This document shows, one piece after another, positions 57,944-64,000 of a DNA stretch of 64,000 bases (its first letter is position 1; every line of letters starts with the position of its first letter). A program made the position numbers and the translations under genes. The notes under the pieces were generated by a model, which had not been told where the DNA came from, ran no database searches, and was given only the letters and a program-made list of their open reading frames with translations. Origin of the DNA: Bdellovibrio sp. (GTDB taxonomy: Bacteria > Bdellovibrionota > Bdellovibrionia > Bdellovibrionales > Bdellovibrionaceae). Location of the stretch: positions 640,001-704,000 of the forward strand of contig JAKFBS010000001.1 in assembly GCA_036677065.1 (NCBI GenBank), given 5' to 3'.

Positions 57944-58387
57944 TTAAGTACCGAATCGTGATGCGTTTTCAGCATCTTCAGCAGCAATACGTTCGATCTC
58001 TTCTTTGCTCCACAATTTACCCTTACCAACGCCGGGGCAGAATGAAGCAACTTCGCCTTTCCAAGCCTTCGGTGTCATCACTTCAGGCCAAAAAGGCCAT
58101 GTGCGGCACTGGGTAGGGCGTGCTTCATAGATTGAGCAGCGCTTGTTTTTTAGGAACATGCAATCGGGCTGTTTTGGGTCTTCTTTAAGATGCCAAACGC
58201 CATCTTTAATATCGCAGTACTGACGAGTAAAAGCTGCGGTAGAAATGTTCAGATGTTTTGCAAATCGTCTTCGATCTTCTAAAGTTAAAAAGACAAAACC
58301 GAATTCGCCATGGGATGTGCAGCAGTTGCCTGATCCCTGACATTCAAACTTCAAACCATCTTCATAAAAAGGGCGTTTTATTGACAT
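57944..58387 (-). CDS. YkgJ-family cysteine cluster protein
   Basis: FECQGSGNCC...CMFL...CSIYEARPTQCRTWPFW. Confidence 0.9.
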   Translation of the reverse strand: MSIKRPFYEDGLKFECQGSGNCCTSHGEFGFVFLTLEDRRRFAKHLNISTAAFTRQYCDIKDGVWHLKEDPKQPDCMFLKNKRCSIYEARPTQCRTWPFWPEVMTPKAWKGEVASFCPGVGKGKLWSKEEIERIAAEDAENASRFGT

Positions 58388-58423
58388 GAATCTAGTCTAT
58401 GTCTATACCGTTCATTTGAATAT

Positions 58424-59365
58424 ATGAATTTGAAAATTTTCAGTCCAAAAGACTTTCCAGCTTATTTGCCTAAATTGAACTCGCTTTACGATGACCTATT
58501 TGCAGGTGGTAAAGGGTTTAGGTCAAAACTTGTGCAAATGGTCAGTAATCCACTGGCTTTACCTACTGAAACACAGCAACTTTTATGTCAGACCATCGAA
58601 TTCGTTCATAATGCTTCGCTTTTACATGATGATTTGATTGATCGCTCACAACTACGTCGCGGAAAACCTGCCGCGTGGGCTAAATACACTCCTGAATACG
58701 CTGTCTTGGCCGGCGATTATTTATTAGCTCGCGTGATGGTGAATTTGTCTTCTTTTGGCAATATCAAGTTAGTTCAATTTACCTCTGAAACAATTTCGGA
58801 TTTATTAGAAGGTGAATGGTTACAGGATTCTGTTGTCGGCGATTTTTTTGTTTCGTTAGAGCAATTAGACCGTATTCATAATTTAAAAACCGCTTCGTTA
58901 TTTAAGTGGTGTTTGCGGGCTCCGTTTATGGCAGCAGGTAATAACGACGAAGAATTACATCGCACACTTGATGAAATGGGCACCATCTTGGGCCAATTGT
59001 TTCAACGCAGTGATGATTTGTTAGATTACGATATTCGTAATGATGAAGGTAAAGCAATTTTAGGAGACCTTAAATCAGGCTACTTAAATTCATTCGGCGC
59101 TTTTGTTACGCGCGATATGACTCGTGCGCAAATCGACCAGATGGTAAGGTCATCAGATCTTAATGAGTATTACCAATGTTTTGCCGGCGGTGAAAAAGAA
59201 TTTCAAAGTTATGTGCAAAAATTCGATGCCGTTAATGAAAAGATGATTCAGCTTTATGATCATCATCTTGTTCAGCTTGAAAAGAAAATTCAAAAACCTG
59301 AGCTGATTAAATCATTAAAACCATTAACCGAGATTCTATATTGGCGCAGAAAGCCCAAAGCGTGA
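58424..59365 (+). CDS. Polyprenyl diphosphate synthase
   Basis: HNASLLHDDLID...RRG, KTASLF, FQRSDDLLD. Confidence 0.9.
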   Translation: MNLKIFSPKDFPAYLPKLNSLYDDLFAGGKGFRSKLVQMVSNPLALPTETQQLLCQTIEFVHNASLLHDDLIDRSQLRRGKPAAWAKYTPEYAVLAGDYLLARVMVNLSSFGNIKLVQFTSETISDLLEGEWLQDSVVGDFFVSLEQLDRIHNLKTASLFKWCLRAPFMAAGNNDEELHRTLDEMGTILGQLFQRSDDLLDYDIRNDEGKAILGDLKSGYLNSFGAFVTRDMTRAQIDQMVRSSDLNEYYQCFAGGEKEFQSYVQKFDAVNEKMIQLYDHHLVQLEKKIQKPELIKSLKPLTEILYWRRKPKA

Positions 59366-60450
59366 GTACGTTCATTACCCTAAAGAAAAAAGATTCTGAT
59401 TTTCAAAAATATCTTTGGGGCCAGTTTTCTAAAACTCAAGTGGCGCTTCCGATGGTCACCATGAATTTAGATTCTCCGGAAGAAACGGTGACTTTTGAAA
59501 TCGTTGATAAATCTTCAGTTAAAAGACCATCAGCATTTAAAATTTTTTTAAGTCTGATTAAATTTCAAAATTTATTTTTAATTTTATTACCACTTTTTTA
59601 TGTCTTGATTAAAAACTATGTTGATAATCGTTTTCGTGACCCGCAAACATGTTTAATCGCCACCTTTGCGATGTTATTTATTTTTGCAGCTTTAAATATT
59701 CGTAACGATGTGAATGACCATGTTTCGGGTTATGACCGCGTGAATATTTCGCCTTCAGAAAAACCAATCAACAAAGGCTGGATTACGGCGGCCCAGGCCT
59801 CGGTTATCAGTTGGCTGCTCACCCTGATCGCCATGATTATTTCACTTCCGGTGATGTTGCGTCAGCCTGAAGAAGCCCGCGTGATTGCTGTAGTGATAGT
59901 ATTAATTTTTGCCGGCAGATTACTTTCAAAAAATTCTTATAAAAACCAACGCTGGGGAGAAGTGATATTTTTTATTCTTGCGGGGCCAGGAGTAGTTTCA
60001 GGATACCAAGTGGCTTTAGGAGCAGGAATTGATACTGAAGTTTTAGCTTTTGGTATCTTATGGGCATGGGGCATCCAGTTTTTAGTTCATCTTAATAATT
60101 TCAATCACATTTTAACCAGCTCACAAGCTGGTATTAAAAACACCATGACCAATGCTGGTTTTGATAAAGCCAAAAAGATTTTAATAGGCTGGTGGTGTGC
60201 ATTTATCATTTTATGGATTTTGTACCACTATTTTTACGCTAGCACCTTTTGGTCTTATTTAACGACTGTAGTTTTGATTTTCTGGTCGATTCCAACATTT
60301 ATTAAAATTTCTGAAATTCAATCACCATTAGGTTCTGATTTAGCCGAAGCCAAGCGTGTGGGTTATCGCAACTTTTTATTAATGTGTGTATTGATTGTTA
60401 TCGAATTCTATTGGTATCTCGGAAACAAAAACGACTGGTTTGTTATTTAA
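59362..60450 (+). CDS. UbiA/MenA-family prenyltransferase (divergent)
   Basis: NDVNDHVSGYD; multi-TM; GTG start overlapping the upstream stop. Confidence 0.7.
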   Translation: MSTFITLKKKDSDFQKYLWGQFSKTQVALPMVTMNLDSPEETVTFEIVDKSSVKRPSAFKIFLSLIKFQNLFLILLPLFYVLIKNYVDNRFRDPQTCLIATFAMLFIFAALNIRNDVNDHVSGYDRVNISPSEKPINKGWITAAQASVISWLLTLIAMIISLPVMLRQPEEARVIAVVIVLIFAGRLLSKNSYKNQRWGEVIFFILAGPGVVSGYQVALGAGIDTEVLAFGILWAWGIQFLVHLNNFNHILTSSQAGIKNTMTNAGFDKAKKILIGWWCAFIILWILYHYFYASTFWSYLTTVVLIFWSIPTFIKISEIQSPLGSDLAEAKRVGYRNFLLMCVLIVIEFYWYLGNKNDWFVI

Positions 60451-61146
60451 ATGGTGCAATTTGTTTTTGCCAATCAGGATTTAGAAACTAAGTTTGGCCA
60501 TTGGCAGTCGTTTATAAATGAAAATTTTAAATCTGATGAAACTTATAAGGTTCAGTTCGAGAGCGAAATTCCAACGATTTACGATAACGACGGCCGTAAA
60601 TTTAAAATTGATTTTTTAGGTGATAATCTAAATTACAATAAAGTTAAAAGCTCGATCAATAAAGAACCGCTAGCTAAAGCGCTTGGCAGTGGCAACAAAG
60701 GTTATAAGTTGTTAGATCTATCGGCAGGTCTTGGTGTTGACTCGGTGTTTTTACTGCAGCTTGGTTTTAAAGTTACTGCGATAGAAAGAAACCCGTTAAT
60801 TTACATGGCTTTAAAAATTGCCTCTGAACATTTGCCAGAAATTAACTTTGTTTATTCTGACTCACTAAAATACTTAGACACAGTCGTGCCTGAACAATTT
60901 GATGTGGCGTATTTTGATCCGATGTTTCCAGAAAAGAAAAAATCAGCCCTGCCTAAGCAAGAGATGGTGTTTTTTAAAAATCTGGTCGGTCATGATGAAG
61001 ACGCCGTTAATATTGTAAACTTAGCTATTGAGAAAAAGTTATTTAAACGTTTTGTCGTTAAACGGCCGCTTTCTGCTGAATCATTTAAAAAGCCAGCAGG
61101 CAGCATTGAAGGAAAGATTATTCGCTATGATATCTATGGTCTTTGA
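60451..61146 (+). CDS. RsmJ-like SAM-dependent methyltransferase
   Basis: LDLSAGLGVDS, IERNP, YFDPMFP.KKKSALPK, VVKRP. Confidence 0.85.
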   Translation: MVQFVFANQDLETKFGHWQSFINENFKSDETYKVQFESEIPTIYDNDGRKFKIDFLGDNLNYNKVKSSINKEPLAKALGSGNKGYKLLDLSAGLGVDSVFLLQLGFKVTAIERNPLIYMALKIASEHLPEINFVYSDSLKYLDTVVPEQFDVAYFDPMFPEKKKSALPKQEMVFFKNLVGHDEDAVNIVNLAIEKKLFKRFVVKRPLSAESFKKPAGSIEGKIIRYDIYGL

Positions 61147-62041
61147 ACAATTAAAATTAACTCTAAAAAGTTTTTCAATTTTAAAAAACCAACATCAGGC
61201 TTTAGTGACATTGGATTTTGACAGCAATCAACGTCGCGAAGCTTTAATGCGTTTATGCTTTTCGCCACTGGCTGCGTGGCCACTGTTATTAGTGCTTTTG
61301 TTTTTTATTATTAACCCACTTCGTTATCACTTTTCTTTAAGTCAAACATTAGGGATGGATAATATTTTAGTGCAAACCCTGTTTGGTATGGATTGGCTGT
61401 ACGCTGCTATTTTGGCCGTCGTTGTTTTTGCGGTCAGCTACTTCAGCCGTAAAGAATTTATCGTTATTGCCATAGTGGGTTTTTTAATATCACAAGGTGA
61501 TATGCATTTATTATTAGGCATTATTTTATTAGCCTGTATTGTGCTAGCGCGTATTTTTTTAAATTTACGCTGGGTGCGCTCTTTAGAAAGTTATTCGAAA
61601 GGCACTTGGTTAGTTACGGGTTTATTAAGTTTTGTGTCGTGGGCCTTGGCCGTGCATTTATCATTTGAGTTTTATAATTATCTATTACAGGCAGGGTATT
61701 TTAGGCAGTCAATGTATGCTAACCGTTTAGAAGTCTTTATTCTTACGGTGTGTATGTATTACGGCTTAGAACTTGTGGTTCTATCGGTGTGGGGGCATTT
61801 CTATACAAAGAAAAATCCCGAGCCGTCAAATTTTGCGATCAAATACTCAACCAGCGTTCTTTTAAAAAAGCTGACATTAGGTAAAGCGTTTAAAGAGGAC
61901 TTACGTGACCAAGTCATCGTTATTAAGAATAATCAACGCGTGTATGCAAATGCCGATCTAGACCTTTTGCCTAAACGTTTAGTCGATCTGCATCGAAAAG
62001 AAGAATCTTTTTTGACTACAGCATTATCCTCTCTAACATAG
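61136..62041 (+). CDS. Hypothetical multi-pass membrane protein
   Basis: Several hydrophobic segments; start uncertain. Confidence 0.6.
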   Translation: MVFEQLKLTLKSFSILKNQHQALVTLDFDSNQRREALMRLCFSPLAAWPLLLVLLFFIINPLRYHFSLSQTLGMDNILVQTLFGMDWLYAAILAVVVFAVSYFSRKEFIVIAIVGFLISQGDMHLLLGIILLACIVLARIFLNLRWVRSLESYSKGTWLVTGLLSFVSWALAVHLSFEFYNYLLQAGYFRQSMYANRLEVFILTVCMYYGLELVVLSVWGHFYTKKNPEPSNFAIKYSTSVLLKKLTLGKAFKEDLRDQVIVIKNNQRVYANADLDLLPKRLVDLHRKEESFLTTALSSLT

Positions 62042-62045
62042 AGGA

Positions 62046-62894
62046 ATGTCTGACGAAATTGCCCGTTTGAAGGGTATCATTCACATGAAGGATCAAGAGC
62101 TTTTGTTGTATAAACAAGAGTTGTTGAAATTTTCGCATCAGTTAGACAATGTCATGATCCAGATTTCGGGAGATGTGGATTTATTAAAAAAGATCCAAAA
62201 AGTTTTAACTCCCACTGAAATTCCGAACATTCCAGGATTTGAATTTAGCCGCAAGTTTGTCTATGGGTCGCGCTACGGTGGTGATTACTTCGATATTTTT
62301 GAACACGAAGATAAATTGAAGTTCGGTATTCTGTTATCATCATCATCAGGGTATGCGATGTCGGCTTTGTTTTTATCTTTGATTTTAAAAGTAACCCATT
62401 TGATGGAAGCTAAAAAAGGTTTAGCGCCAGAAAAGGTTTTGGAACAGATTGGTACAGAGCTTAAATCGACAGCAGCTACAAAAGACGAAACTCAGGCCTT
62501 TTACGGGGTGATCGATCGTCGTGATTTAACTTTAAATTTTTGTGCAGTTGGCCGAATCAAAGGCTTTTTGCAGTCACCGGGCAAACCATTGCAAATGATC
62601 TCGTCGGATTCTGCGGCTCTGGGTTCAATGACTTCGCCTGTTTTTAAATCAGCGAGTGTTGAATTAGAACCAAAGTCTAGAGTGGTATTACTGAGCGATG
62701 GCATTTTAGAGGTTTTGTCGACGGATCAAATTAGTCAGTGTTTGCAAACTCTCGGTAATTCGTCACAGGTTCATGATGTGCGTAATGAAATCTTATTAAA
62801 ATGCCAGCTGGTGTCTGGTCTTGATACTCCGTTACGAGATCAGACCGTCGTCGTGATCGAAGTTAAAGACAGAGTGATAAAACTAGCCAAGTAA
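62046..62894 (+). CDS. SpoIIE/PP2C-family (RsbU-like) phosphatase-domain protein
   Basis: N-terminal coiled coil, GGDYFD, LSDGILE. Confidence 0.8.
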   Translation: MSDEIARLKGIIHMKDQELLLYKQELLKFSHQLDNVMIQISGDVDLLKKIQKVLTPTEIPNIPGFEFSRKFVYGSRYGGDYFDIFEHEDKLKFGILLSSSSGYAMSALFLSLILKVTHLMEAKKGLAPEKVLEQIGTELKSTAATKDETQAFYGVIDRRDLTLNFCAVGRIKGFLQSPGKPLQMISSDSAALGSMTSPVFKSASVELEPKSRVVLLSDGILEVLSTDQISQCLQTLGNSSQVHDVRNEILLKCQLVSGLDTPLRDQTVVVIEVKDRVIKLAK

Positions 62895-62949
62895 TTCGAT
62901 ATTTGGTAATTCTAATACGTTACATTCAATCAATGAAGAAGAGGGCATT

Positions 62950-64000
62950 ATGGCTGATATTACTATTTACGAAGGCGCTTTAGATAAAGGATTAGAGGGC
63001 GTTGTTGCTTGTACAACAGCGGTTTCATTTATCGTTGGAAACACTTTAAACTACCGCGGTTACACGATCGAAGATTTATCGGCTCATTCAACTTTTGAAG
63101 AAGTGATCTATTTGCTTTGGAATAATAAATTACCCAATAAATCTGAGCTTGCAGCTATCTCTGAAGACTTAAATAAAAATATGACTTTAGATCCTGCTTA
63201 CGTTGCAGTTCTAAAAACATTACCAACAAACGTTCATCCAATGGCGTGGTTACGTACTGCAGTTTCTTTAATGTCTCACTGGGACACCGATGCAAACGAT
63301 AACTCTGTTGATGCAAATGCGCGTAAAGCGGTTCGTTTAACAGCTAAAATGGGTTCAATCGTTGCAGCGTTCGAAGCGATTCGTAACAAACGTGAAATCG
63401 TTCAACCTAAATCAGGCAAATCTATCGCATGGAATTTCATGTACATGTTAAAAGGTTCTGAGCCAGATGCTGAATTAGTAAAGGTCATGGATACAGCGTT
63501 GATCTTACACGCGGATCACGAATTAAACTGTTCAGCTTTTGCTACTCGCGTAACAGCTTCTTCATTATCTGATATGCACTCGGCGATTGTTTCTGCCATC
63601 GGCGCTTTAAAAGGGCCTTTACATGGCGGCGCTAACGAACAAGTTATGGTGATGTTAGCTAAAATCGGCACAATGGAAAAAGCGCAACAATTCGTAAAAG
63701 ATGCGTTAGCTGCTAAAGAAAAAGTAATGGGCATCGGTCACCGCGTTTACAAAGACGGCGATCCACGTGCAGCTATTTTGAGAAAGATCTCTCAACAGTT
63801 AACTAAAAAAATCGGTAAACCTGAATTATATGAAATGTCGACTTTGATCGACGATACAATGAATAAAGAAAAAGGTTTAATGCCGAACGTAGATTTCTAC
63901 TCGGCAACTGTTTATCACTCTATGGGAATTCCTACAGATATCTTCACACCTATCTTTGCGGTTTCTCGCGTAGCTGGTTGGATTGCTCACGCTAACGAAC
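62950..64000 (+). CDS. Citrate synthase / 2-methylcitrate synthase (runs off window end)
   Basis: Not in the ORF track. Hand translation: KGLEGVVA..., LNYRGY, HADHELNCSAF, GPLHGGANE, MGIGHRVYKDGDPR, PNVDFYS. Confidence 0.93.
   Translation, partial: MADITIYEGALDKGLEGVVACTTAVSFIVGNTLNYRGYTIEDLSAHSTFEEVIYLLWNNKLPNKSELAAISEDLNKNMTLDPAYVAVLKTLPTNVHPMAWLRTAVSLMSHWDTDANDNSVDANARKAVRLTAKMGSIVAAFEAIRNKREIVQPKSGKSIAWNFMYMLKGSEPDAELVKVMDTALILHADHELNCSAFATRVTASSLSDMHSAIVSAIGALKGPLHGGANEQVMVMLAKIGTMEKAQQFVKDALAAKEKVMGIGHRVYKDGDPRAAILRKISQQLTKKIGKPELYEMSTLIDDTMNKEKGLMPNVDFYSATVYHSMGIPTDIFTPIFAVSRVAGWIAHANE

Noticed and set aside
63516..63734. 72-aa minus-strand ORF
   Set aside because: Antisense shadow of the citrate synthase gene starting at 62950.
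1..64000. CRISPR array, tRNA or rRNA genes
   Set aside because: No regularly spaced repeats were seen, intergenic gaps are short, and none shows a cloverleaf or rRNA signature.

Overview
64 kb of AT-rich, gene-dense bacterial chromosome, mostly coded on the + strand. Gene content (FQNC/YQNC-type lipoproteins, Cys-rich secreted proteins, a CFI-box protein, a flgF-to-fliW cluster with csrA) suggests a Bdellovibrionota predator; this is inference, not a database result. Housekeeping genes: exbB/exbD-like pair, pssA, asd, truA, rplM-rpsI, alaS, pgpA-cinA-recA, lysC, flgFGAHIJMNKL-csrA-fliW, rmuC, menA, a menC-menE fusion, a polyprenyl synthase and citrate synthase. The most unusual element is a two-gene operon at 26754-31035. 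An OvoA-like non-heme iron sulfoxide synthase carries a complete group II PLP decarboxylase in place of its usual methyltransferase domain. It is followed by a class V PLP (C-S lyase-like) enzyme and lies divergent from a glutathione peroxidase. This is a candidate pathway to a decarboxylated thio-imidazole such as thiohistamine. It is flanked by three paralogous Cys-rich secreted proteins that share a C-terminal motif; two of them have identically spaced composite sigma28-like promoters. Other points: CGGA-loop hairpins (CsrA-like sites) at flgH, flgN and flgK, a recurring GTCTCA-N3-TGAGAC-like motif, a strongly G/T-skewed intergenic tract, an ABCC/MRP-like full-length transporter and a toxin-antitoxin pair with an 18-bp operator palindrome. 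No rRNA, tRNA, CRISPR array, integrase or transposase was recognised.
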